From positions 576,001 to 640,000 of the forward strand of contig CBDHDF010000011.1 of NCBI GenBank assembly GCA_965261545.1: a DNA stretch of 64,000 bases, written 5' to 3'. The translations under genes and the position numbers were made by a program. Shown here in pieces: positions 39,338-48,142 of this stretch; position 1 is the stretch's first letter, and every line of letters starts with the position of its first letter. The notes below the pieces were generated by a model. It saw only the letters and a program-made list of their open reading frames with translations. It did not search any database and was not told the DNA's origin. The DNA is from Bdellovibrionales bacterium (GTDB lineage Bacteria; Bdellovibrionota; Bdellovibrionia; Bdellovibrionales; UBA1609).

Positions 39338-40231
39338 ATGGAAAAACAGGAGTGGGTGACAGAGAGTCACGAAGGTTATTTACGGAAAAGTTATCGTATT
39401 AAAGAGATTTTATTTAGTGGTCAAAGTGATTTTCAAAAGGTGGAGGTGGTTGATACCTATGGTCATGGAAAGATGCTTTTCAATGACGGACTTGCCATGG
39501 TTTCGGAGAGAGATGAATTTGTTTATCACGAAATGATAGCCCATGTTCCCCTTTGCCTCCATCCCAGGCCCCGACGGGTTTTGGTTGTGGGTGGAGGAGA
39601 TGGGGGAACGGCCCGGGAGGTTTTAAAGCACCCTGAAGTGGAGCTATGCACGATGGTTGAAATTGATGGCATGGTCGTCGATGCTTGTAAGAAGCACATA
39701 CCTGTGACGGCTTCTTGTTTAAAAGGGCACCCTAAGCTTGACTTAAAAATTGAAGATGCCGTCAAGTATGTGGCCCAGGAGCAGACTGAAATGTTTGATG
39801 TCATTCTCGTTGACTCCACAGATCCCATAGGGCCTGCGACCCCTCTTTTTGGCAAAGAGTTCTATGAAAATGTCCATCGGTTATTGACAGATCGTGGTGT
39901 GGTTGTTTCCCAGTGTGAGTCTCCCTATTATTATTTGGAGATGCAGAAATCTGTTCTTACAATATTGAAATCTCTGTTCCCCATCACTCAGATTTATAAC
40001 TACTCGAATATGACCTACCCTGGGGGCATTTGGTCTTTTGCTTTTGCCTCAAAGGGCCTGCACCCATTGAGAGACTTAGGTGTTAGTATGAGTGGGAAAT
40101 CGTGGTCTTCTTTGCAGTTGGGTTGTTCCTATTACAATCCAGAGATTCATCAGGCGGCTTTTTGTCACCCTCAATTTATGAAAGAGGCTTTGGGTGATTT
40201 GTTGAGTCAGGAGTCAATGCCGTTTCCTTAA
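39338..40231 (+). CDS. speE: Spermidine synthase / polyamine aminopropyltransferase
   Basis: DEFVYHEM, VLVVGGGDGG, VEID, DVILVDSTDP, YPGG. Confidence 0.95.
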   Translation: MEKQEWVTESHEGYLRKSYRIKEILFSGQSDFQKVEVVDTYGHGKMLFNDGLAMVSERDEFVYHEMIAHVPLCLHPRPRRVLVVGGGDGGTAREVLKHPEVELCTMVEIDGMVVDACKKHIPVTASCLKGHPKLDLKIEDAVKYVAQEQTEMFDVILVDSTDPIGPATPLFGKEFYENVHRLLTDRGVVVSQCESPYYYLEMQKSVLTILKSLFPITQIYNYSNMTYPGGIWSFAFASKGLHPLRDLGVSMSGKSWSSLQLGCSYYNPEIHQAAFCHPQFMKEALGDLLSQESMPFP

Positions 40232-40263
40232 GAAGAATTTCTTGAAATCATTAAATAAATCGA

Positions 40264-40532
40264 ATTGGGTAGAAGGGTCGGTTACCCGATCCAACCCCGT
40301 TACCACCCATCGTGCCCTATTAAGGCAATCGGCGGACGATAAATTTGCTCACTCAACTATGATCATATGATCAATACAGCCTGTGTACTATGCGAATCCT
40401 TGGTGGGGGGAATTTAGCAAGAAACCTGTTAAATTTCTCCCAGTTGAGGGACCTTCGCTGACTGCGCCTGTTCATCCATTTGAAGAAAATCCTAGTGGCG
40501 TGGTAAAAAAAATGCTTAACTCCTGCTCTCGC
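40264..40532 (-). mobile_element. Group II intron 3' remnant: maturase C-terminus plus domains V and VI
   Basis: 40532-40371 reads ...FYHATRIFFKWMNRRSQRRSLNWEKFNRFLAKFPPPRIRIVHRLY*. It is followed by DV-like CCGCCGATTGCC..GGCACGATGGGTGG and a DVI-like hairpin ending TACCCAAT. Confidence 0.85.
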
Positions 40533-40698
40533 TTAGTTTGTGAAAGAGGTTTTGGTGTTGAGGAAATTCAACGCTGCATATTATTTTATATTATTTATAG
40601 ACTTTTAAGAAGACTTTGAGGAGCATTAGAGTGGAAACTGGGTTTTTCGACCTGTTTGTAATAAGGATAAGATTGTATTGAGACTGTGAGGAGAAACA

Positions 40699-41547
40699 AT
40701 GAAAAAAATAAAAATTATTATTATATGCATAAGTATAATTTACGGTGCAGGTATCACTTTTGTTTTTTCTGGCTGCCAAAGGGATTCAAATCACTCTAAA
40801 AATATAAATTTGGAGTCTGAGGAAGCCAAGTTTAGTTATGCTGTGGGCTATGAAATTGGCAATAATATGAAACGCCAGAAAGTGAAGTTGAGCTATGATG
40901 CCTTTACAACAGCGGTGGTCGATGTCATGGAGGGAAAGCAGGAGCGTTTAAATAAAGAGGAGCGTCGAGCCATTATGAAATCAATGTCTGAAAAAAAGCG
41001 TCACGATAGAAAAGAAACGGCTGAGAAGAACAAGGAGGCTGGTGAGACCTTCTTACAGGAAAATAAAAAGAAAGAAGGAGTTCAAGCTACTGAGTCGGGT
41101 CTTCAATACAAGGTGGTCAGAGAGGGAGAGGGTGAGAAGCCTGTGAGCAAGGATACTGTTAAAGTGCATTATCGAGGCACTTTGATTGATGGCACTCAGT
41201 TTGATAGCTCCTATGATCGCAAGGAGCCAGCAGAGTTTCCTGTGAGGAGCGTGATTCCTGGCTGGATTGAAGGGCTTCAGTTGATGAGTGTGGGTTCCAA
41301 GTACGAGTTTTATGTTCCCTCGAACCTAGGCTATGGACCTCGTGGTAGTTCTGTGATTCCTGGAAATTCTGTTCTTATTTTTGAAGTTGAACTTTTAAGT
41401 ATTGTGGGCAAAGAGGGGAATGATTTTCAAAGCGGCGATATTGATGCTGCTTTGGATGCCAAAGAAAAGAAGACTGATGCTGATTCTCCTACAAAGAAAG
41501 ACACCACAGGAGAAAAGGCTGCTAAAGAAGAAAAGGTGAAGAAATAG
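40699..41547 (+). CDS. FKBP-type peptidyl-prolyl isomerase (Mip/FkpA-like lipoprotein)
   Basis: FSG-C lipobox, SYAVG, SGLQYKV, VHYRGTL, FDSSY, VIPGW, LIFEVELL. Confidence 0.95.
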   Translation: MKKIKIIIICISIIYGAGITFVFSGCQRDSNHSKNINLESEEAKFSYAVGYEIGNNMKRQKVKLSYDAFTTAVVDVMEGKQERLNKEERRAIMKSMSEKKRHDRKETAEKNKEAGETFLQENKKKEGVQATESGLQYKVVREGEGEKPVSKDTVKVHYRGTLIDGTQFDSSYDRKEPAEFPVRSVIPGWIEGLQLMSVGSKYEFYVPSNLGYGPRGSSVIPGNSVLIFEVELLSIVGKEGNDFQSGDIDAALDAKEKKTDADSPTKKDTTGEKAAKEEKVKK

Positions 41548-41574
41548 TTTCCTCCCATTCCCCTATGATTTTTA

Positions 41575-42873
41575 TCACTGGGGAATGGGAAATCTCTTGC
41601 AAAGTTCTTGGACCTTATTTTTAGTGGATGGGATGAGGTCCTCACTTGTGGGGGATTCAAGAAGATCGGAGATCCAACCACCGATAAGTTTCATTTCTTG
41701 GGTTTTCATTTTTCTTGTGGTCAAGGCGGGGGAGCCCAGTCGAATGCCACTTGTAACAAAGGGACTTCGTTTTTCGTTGGGAACCGTGTTTTTATTGACA
41801 GTCATTCCCGCTCTATCGAGGAGCCTTTCGGCTTCTTGCCCAGTGATATTTCGATCGGATAAATCCAAGAGTATAAGGTGGTTGTCTGTTCCTCCTGTGA
41901 CAAGCTGAAATCCCCTGGTGGCAAGACTCTCCCCTAGAGCCTGTGCATTTTGGATCACTTGTTTTCCATAGTTTTTAAATTCAGGTTGGAGGGCTTCGTG
42001 GAAAGCGATGGCCTTAGCGCCAATGACATGCTCCAGGGGGCCACCCTGAATGCCAGGAAAGATTTTTGAATTTATCTTTTTTGCTGAGCTTTCAGGGCAG
42101 AGAATGAATCCTCCCCTTGGTCCCCGAAGGGTTTTGTGGGTGGTGGAGGTGACATAGTCTGCATAGGGAACGGGGGAGGGATGGACTTCTGCGGCCACAA
42201 GTCCTGCAAAGTGGGCCATGTCCACGAGAAGAAGAGCACCTACTTTGTCGGCAATATCGCGAAAGGCTTGGAAGTCTAACTGTCGTGGGTAGGCACTGTA
42301 GCCCGCAATGAGAAGGGCCGGGCGGTGTTTTTTGGCAGCATCAAGTATGGTGTTGTAATTGAGGCGCCCTGTTTCAGGATCTAAGCCATAGGAAACCACC
42401 CGAAAGAGAATCCCACTAAAGTTGACAGGTGAGCCGTGGGTTAAGTGCCCCCCATGGGAGAGATCCATACCCATGATGGTGTCTCCTGGTTGGAGAGCGG
42501 CTAAGTAAGCCCCCATATTGGCTTGGGAACCAGAGTGGGGTTGCACATTGGCATGCTCGGCTCCAAAGAGTTTTTTAGCTCGGTCGATGGCGATTTGTTC
42601 GATACCGTCCACGAACTCACAGCCACCGTAGTAGCGCTTTTTAGGATAACCTTCGGCATACTTGTTCGTTAAGATGGACCCTTGAAGAGCCATGACGGCA
42701 GATGAGGCATAGTTTTCAGAGGCAATCATTTCAAGGCCAAGTTCCTGGCGTTGTGACTCCTGTTGGAGAAAGTTAAAAATTTCGGGATCATGGGACTCTA
42801 GGAATTGGATAGACTTTAAGGAGTCTAGGTCTAGGGATTGGGGTTTTTGAGATTTTAAGGTGGAGATAGACAT
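41575..42873 (-). CDS. glyA: Serine hydroxymethyltransferase
   Basis: [33 protein letters not shown]. Start set at ATG 42873 (AAGGA RBS) because the ORF-track extension runs into an IS end. Confidence 0.97.
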   Translation of the reverse strand: MSISTLKSQKPQSLDLDSLKSIQFLESHDPEIFNFLQQESQRQELGLEMIASENYASSAVMALQGSILTNKYAEGYPKKRYYGGCEFVDGIEQIAIDRAKKLFGAEHANVQPHSGSQANMGAYLAALQPGDTIMGMDLSHGGHLTHGSPVNFSGILFRVVSYGLDPETGRLNYNTILDAAKKHRPALLIAGYSAYPRQLDFQAFRDIADKVGALLLVDMAHFAGLVAAEVHPSPVPYADYVTSTTHKTLRGPRGGFILCPESSAKKINSKIFPGIQGGPLEHVIGAKAIAFHEALQPEFKNYGKQVIQNAQALGESLATRGFQLVTGGTDNHLILLDLSDRNITGQEAERLLDRAGMTVNKNTVPNEKRSPFVTSGIRLGSPALTTRKMKTQEMKLIGGWISDLLESPTSEDLIPSTKNKVQELCKRFPIPQ

Positions 42874-42892
42874 AGTTGGTTGTTTCCTTATG

Positions 42893-42975
42893 TGCAGTAG
42901 TTTAGAATTGTGTTGACATGACACCCCTTGCTACAGTCTTTTCTACAGATTTTATATGCGTATAGTCACCTCCTC
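42893..42975 (-). mobile_element. Isolated IS481-family right end (83 bp)
   Basis: Reverse complement of 59203-59285 with 3 mismatches. Confidence 0.85.
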
Positions 42976-43033
42976 TATATTGAATTTTTATCTTTCAAAA
43001 TCTTGACAACGCCTCGCGTTCATAGCCATAATT

Positions 43034-43323
43034 GTGGTCATGTCTTCTATATATGAGCAAGAAATAAAGGGCGAAACTTACCTCTATAAGTCCACAAGCT
43101 ATTGGGACAAAGAGAAGAAACAATCTCGTTCTAAAAAGGTTTATCTTGGCAAAAAAGATCCATCAACAGGTAAACTAATTCCTAAATCTCAATCCAGTAT
43201 TCCGACATCTTCCCAAGATGTTGGTTCTCTCCATTTATTGAAATACATTAGCAAGAAATTAGGTTTGATACAAATACTTAAAAAATCTTTTCCAGATGAT
43301 TATGAACAAATTCTCGACTATAT
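43034..43323 (+). pseudogene. IS1634-family transposase N-terminal fragment
   Basis: YLYKSTSYWDKEKKQSRSKKVYLGK...LGLIQILKKSFPDDY; the ORF then runs into unrelated sequence up to 43489. Confidence 0.7.
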
Positions 43324-43534
43324 CCGACTTTCTCGGAGCCTAAAGTCCAAATTCCCTAGGGAAATAGCTAAAAACTGGATGTACAGGTTATTTCTAAGAT
43401 TTGTACATAAAAACACGGAGGACAGGGCCAAACCACTTGTGTGGAGAGCCCGCCGTTATCCACGACTCACCCACAGCAGCGTCCCCTGACAAAAATATTC
43501 CACCAGAGATGAAGGAGCTTCTTCACAAAAAGGT

Positions 43535-43641
43535 CATTCACTCTCTGTTAATACAATTTCTTTACTATGAAAAGGATTAAGTCTAGAAAACCCCTTCTCA
43601 AGACACTTGGATAAAATCACCAAGCCTGTGCCATCATAGTA
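43535..43641 (-). pseudogene. IS66 accessory protein (TnpB/Orf2) fragment
   Basis: Hand translation YYDGTGLVILSKCLEKGFSRL, resembling the WDGxG...KRLEKGxF motif. Confidence 0.7.
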
Positions 43642-44072
43642 CAGACTTTTGCACGACGTACGACGGCGGTTGATAAACAAAAATAAATGACCCGAAAAAG
43701 GGTTCTTATCTAAAACTGTCTTGGCTAAATGAAATAAAGAATCATAAGAAGCCCCATATCTGTGGGCTCCTTGCAGACAAATATTTTGGTCCTACGGTTC
43801 AGAGCTATCATGAAGCCTTCTTCTCTGTCTTATTTAGAAACTCAATCAACCCATCCACATGGGAAGGCGGATGACTTGACCCCTCGACCATCTCAAAATG
43901 ATACCTGAGCGGGATGGCGAGCAAACCTCCTCCTCGTAAGTGGTAAGTGGTTATGGATTCAGTGCCCAACTCCAAAAATTCCAATACCCTGCTCATTCCT
44001 TCTGAGTTTTGAATTCTTGGTTTTGACTTTGCCAACTCAGTAGACTTTTGTACGGTCAGATGATCTTAAGGG

Positions 44073-44100
44073 TAAAAATATGAAGATAAAAAGCCGATAA
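44073..44100 (+). promoter_or_regulatory. Sigma28 (FliA)-like promoter upstream of rpoN
   Basis: TAAA-N16-GCCGATAA: perfect -10 box, spacer one base longer than the enteric consensus. Confidence 0.45.
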
Positions 44101-44247
44101 CTATAAATAGTTGAGTAGTTAATACAAAGTTTGAGTCGTCGATAAACCTGGCTCTAGATGTTTTTGAACATAGAAGCTATGTGTAGAAAACTCTCCATAG
44201 CCCATGAGATATCATAGTATATTAAGTATATATAGGAGGTTTTACTT

Positions 44248-45771
44248 ATGGCACAGGGACTTAAAATGTCCATGAAGTTTTCTCAACAGTTACGAATGAC
44301 ACCTCAGTTGCAGCAGGCGATTAAACTTCTACAGCTTTCAAAAATGGAGATGGACATTGCCATACGCAAAGAGCTCAACGAAAACCCTGTTCTCGAAGAA
44401 ATTCATGAAGTGGATGGCGATGACCCAGCTCAAAAAGATAACCAGGTCAGCGAGGATATTCAGGATACAGATACCAAGAGTATCGATGATGCTGATCCTA
44501 GGAAGCAAGATGAATTCGATTGGGAAAGTTATATAGAAAGCCAATATAAGCCCAGTCACTCAGGGGAAGGGTTCTCAGATGAGGTTATAAATTACGAAAA
44601 CCTAATGTCCACCACAAAGACACTTCATGAGCATTTGACATGGCAAGCAAGTATGTCTGGCTTTAACGACGAAGAGCTTCAAATTGTTAATATACTTATT
44701 AACTATATCAATGACGACGGATACTGCGGAGTTTCTCTAGAGAAAATTGCCGAGCATGAAGAGGATATAACATGTCAAGACCTAGAAGAGGTTCTCCCCT
44801 TTGTACAAGAATTTGACCCCCCAGGAGTAGGAGCTCGAAATCTTGAGGAGTGCTTGCTACTACAAGCTCAGAATTTACAAGAAGACACCCATGATCTCGT
44901 TTACATCATTAAAAATCACCTCAAGAATTTAGAAAAGAAAAATTTTCAGGCTATTGCCAAAGACATGAATGTTGAGTTGGATTATACTGCGGACTTATGT
45001 CATATGATTCTTAATATGGATCCCAAGCCGGGTCGCCTCTTTCTTACTCCAGAAACTCACTTTGTCACTCCCGATGTTTATGTACAAAAAGTGGCTGATG
45101 AATATGTGGTTCTTCTCAACGAAGATGGACTCCCTCGTTTAAAGGTTTCTAACTTGTATAAAAACTTACTTCAAGAGGGTAAGACCGCAGCCTCCAACTT
45201 GATACAAAAATCCTCTGGAGATGAAATGAAACCTCTAGAAAGTGATGTCGCTGTTAAAACCATTGGTAAAAAAGGAACACAGGACTACATTCAAAATAAA
45301 TTGCGTTCAGCCGTGTGGCTCATTCGCTCCATTCATCAAAGACAACGTACCATTTACAAAGTAACAGAAAGTATTGTAAAGCATCAAACTGATTTTCTTG
45401 ATAAAGGACCTTCTTTTATTAAACCTATGATTCTTAAAGATATTGCCAATGATATTGAAATGCATGAATCCACTGTGAGCCGTGTGACCACAAATAAGTA
45501 CGTTCACACCCCCCATGGCATTTTTGAACTCAAGTACTTTTTTAGTTCTGGCATCCATAAAGCCGATGGAGCCATTGTCGCCAGTGAATCTGTGAAGCTC
45601 AAAGTAAAGAAATTGATCGAAGAAGAAGACCCCAAACACCCTTTTTCAGATCAAAAAATTGTAGACATCCTATCCAAAGATGGCATTAATATCGCCCGTC
45701 GAACAGTGGCAAAGTACAGAGAATCCTTAAAGATTCTCCCTTCTTCTCAGCGTAAGAAATTCTATATCTAA
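44248..45771 (+). CDS. rpoN: RNA polymerase sigma-54 factor
   Basis: MTPQLQQAIKLLQL, HESTVSRVT, RpoN box ARRTVAKYRE. Confidence 0.97.
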   Translation: MAQGLKMSMKFSQQLRMTPQLQQAIKLLQLSKMEMDIAIRKELNENPVLEEIHEVDGDDPAQKDNQVSEDIQDTDTKSIDDADPRKQDEFDWESYIESQYKPSHSGEGFSDEVINYENLMSTTKTLHEHLTWQASMSGFNDEELQIVNILINYINDDGYCGVSLEKIAEHEEDITCQDLEEVLPFVQEFDPPGVGARNLEECLLLQAQNLQEDTHDLVYIIKNHLKNLEKKNFQAIAKDMNVELDYTADLCHMILNMDPKPGRLFLTPETHFVTPDVYVQKVADEYVVLLNEDGLPRLKVSNLYKNLLQEGKTAASNLIQKSSGDEMKPLESDVAVKTIGKKGTQDYIQNKLRSAVWLIRSIHQRQRTIYKVTESIVKHQTDFLDKGPSFIKPMILKDIANDIEMHESTVSRVTTNKYVHTPHGIFELKYFFSSGIHKADGAIVASESVKLKVKKLIEEEDPKHPFSDQKIVDILSKDGINIARRTVAKYRESLKILPSSQRKKFYI

Positions 45772-45872
45772 ATTACCTGAGTTTGTGGTCATTTTTATAC
45801 ACTACAAAATGAATAGATTTTAAAATGAGGGTGTCGAAAAAGGCCGAAGCTTTGCTCTCGAAATGGTCGGTG

Positions 45873-47210
45873 TTATCCTTGTTGGCTGAGTTCTTCGCCC
45901 CATGGAGCGGCCCAAAGCAAAAGAATCATTCCAGGAATAGCGCAGGCCGTGCAAAAGTAAAAGAAATTAATATACCCCATTCCTTCAAAGGAGCCAAATA
46001 TTTCAAAGTATATTCCATCTGTGGATTGAACACCTTCAATGAGAAAGCCCGTTGTTGCATTGGCCAGGGTTCTTGGCAAAGCCAAAATACTTGAAAACAA
46101 TGCAAATTGGGTCGCTGTAAAATTGATATTGGAAGATCGAGCCATAAAGGCAACCATCGCAGAGGCTCCAAGGCCGACACCAAGGTATTCGAACGCAATG
46201 ACAGAGCCCAAAAGAAAAATGGGTGAAAGGAGGTAATCTAGAAAAATCACCCCTTGAGGGTAAGTCGCAAGCAAGGCAAAGCCAAGAATGCTTATCATTT
46301 GAACAAAACCAAAAATCCAAAGAGATTTATTAATACCAATCTTAAAAATAATTACACCACCCAGGAAAGTACCTATGAGAGTGGAAAAGAAACCTGTAGA
46401 CTTTACGATGGAACCAATGATGGCCTTTGAAAAGCCCATGTCTAAATAAAATGGTGTGGATAAGGCTGTTGCTAGATTGTCACCGAATTTATAAAAAAAC
46501 ATAAAGACAATAACGAGAATGGCCTGATGGATTCCCTTTCTTTTAAAAAACTCTTTCAGCGGTTCCACCACAGAATCTCGAAGGCTTTTGGGTGGATTTA
46601 TGTTTTGAATGGCTTCTTTAATAAGAAAAGTTTTTACAATTCCCACGACCATAAACAAACCTATAATGAAATGAACAGTAGGCCACGGCATCGTTCCTGC
46701 GAGAAAAATGCCCAAGCCTCCAGAGATAAAGCCCGAAGCACGATAGCCATTCATATACATGGAGTTTCCAAGCCCCAGTTCCCCATCGGGGAGCAACTCT
46801 CTGCGGTAGGCATCAAGAACAATGTCTTGGCTAGCAGAAAAGAAGGCGAGTACAAAGGCCGTGTAGGCAATAAGCCAAATAGAAAGTTTGGGATCAAGAA
46901 AGCTAAATGCAAACATGGTGGCCATCAAGGCCACCTGGGTTATGAGCATCCATCCACGCCTTCGACCGAGGAATGGAGGGGTCCATCGATCCATGATGGG
47001 TGACCAAATGAACTTCCAGGTGTAGGGGAGACCTATAAGAGCAAATAAACCAATGGTCTTAAGGTCAACTCCCTCATCTCTCAACCAAGCTGGTACTAAT
47101 TGAAATAGATAGTAGAGGGGCAGGCCCGCCGTAAAACCATTAAAAATGCAGATAAGCATATTCTTATTGATAATGGCTCTGAAGAGGCTCTTATTTTTTT
47201 TTTCTGACAC
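45873..47210 (-). CDS. ampG: Muropeptide MFS transporter
   Basis: GLP, PYTWKFIWSP, GRRRGW, SASQDIVLDAYR, ATQFAL. Confidence 0.93.
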   Translation of the reverse strand: MSEKKNKSLFRAIINKNMLICIFNGFTAGLPLYYLFQLVPAWLRDEGVDLKTIGLFALIGLPYTWKFIWSPIMDRWTPPFLGRRRGWMLITQVALMATMFAFSFLDPKLSIWLIAYTAFVLAFFSASQDIVLDAYRRELLPDGELGLGNSMYMNGYRASGFISGGLGIFLAGTMPWPTVHFIIGLFMVVGIVKTFLIKEAIQNINPPKSLRDSVVEPLKEFFKRKGIHQAILVIVFMFFYKFGDNLATALSTPFYLDMGFSKAIIGSIVKSTGFFSTLIGTFLGGVIIFKIGINKSLWIFGFVQMISILGFALLATYPQGVIFLDYLLSPIFLLGSVIAFEYLGVGLGASAMVAFMARSSNINFTATQFALFSSILALPRTLANATTGFLIEGVQSTDGIYFEIFGSFEGMGYINFFYFCTACAIPGMILLLWAAPWGEELSQQG

Positions 47211-47216
47211 TTCTTC

Positions 47217-47918
47217 CTAAGCTGCCTGGGGTTGAATTTCTAGATTTTTAATGTACTCAATAATGGTTGACTGGGACTCCATGTGAATCTGCTCAAATTT
47301 AATTCCAACATACCCACTTTGTGAAATATAGCGAACTTCTGCAATAGCCTTAAGTGGAGAAAAAAAATGCTCACTTTGAATCTCAAGATGCATTCTCTGA
47401 CCCACGGATAAGTGAGGTGCCTCAGTGATACCACAGCCACCTAAGCTAATGGTTTTGAGTTTTGAAATATGACTCTGACCATCCACCTTGGTCACCACAG
47501 TGCCGTCAATATCAGCTCTAGGATGAGCCCTTCGGTTCAGTCCCACAGCCTTAATGATATCATTGAATTCAAAAATACTTTTCCATGATGGCATGTCTTT
47601 TGTCCATAGAGTCACGGCTTGTTTATTGTCAACTTGTTGTATCTCTTCAATAAGTTGGTCTTTGGGAAAGGGGCCAAATGATTCCCCCTTATGAGCGTAA
47701 TACCATGGTTGAAGTTGTTTTTGCACAGAGATTTTGTAATCTTTTAAAATACTTGGGACTTCCTTCTGCCACCTGCGCAGAGTGCTCCATTCCTTTTGTG
47801 CACAAGACCATATAAGGAACTCTGAGTGAATAATTCCACTGTCTGACATTTCATGGACTTTTTCCGTAGAGAAAGGACCTGAAACTTCTTCGTTATTGCA
47901 TACGAACCACTTTATCAT
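47217..47918 (-). CDS. Tandem GYF_2 (DUF4339)-like domains plus C-terminal PilZ domain
   Basis: Two W...GPF...W...W units; RRAHPR and ISLGG PilZ motifs, GIKF. Confidence 0.75.
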   Translation of the reverse strand: MIKWFVCNNEEVSGPFSTEKVHEMSDSGIIHSEFLIWSCAQKEWSTLRRWQKEVPSILKDYKISVQKQLQPWYYAHKGESFGPFPKDQLIEEIQQVDNKQAVTLWTKDMPSWKSIFEFNDIIKAVGLNRRAHPRADIDGTVVTKVDGQSHISKLKTISLGGCGITEAPHLSVGQRMHLEIQSEHFFSPLKAIAEVRYISQSGYVGIKFEQIHMESQSTIIEYIKNLEIQPQAA

Positions 47919-48142
47919 AAGAAAAATATCGGAACTTGGTAGGTAAGTTCTTTAGATTTTAGTACAAATTAAGACATTTATCTAGGAAGTTCTTTGTATC
48001 TAGGAAGTTCTCTTGAACTTAATTTGGGTTTACTAAAGAAATACAAAGGGTAGACCCTCATTTATGTCCAGTCGCACGGTCGCAGAAACCCTATTGGTTT
48101 CCGCCCTGCGAGGGCGCCTATGTACCCCTCTTTGACAGAAAT

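Noticed and set aside
40383..40619. 78-aa plus-strand ORF
   Set aside because: Antisense shadow of the maturase fragment
42874..42924. N-terminal extension of GlyA in the ORF track
   Set aside because: Mostly IS481 end sequence; an RBS supports ATG 42873
43808..44035. 75-aa minus-strand ORF
   Set aside because: No recognisable motif or RBS; lies in IS debris, so not called as a gene
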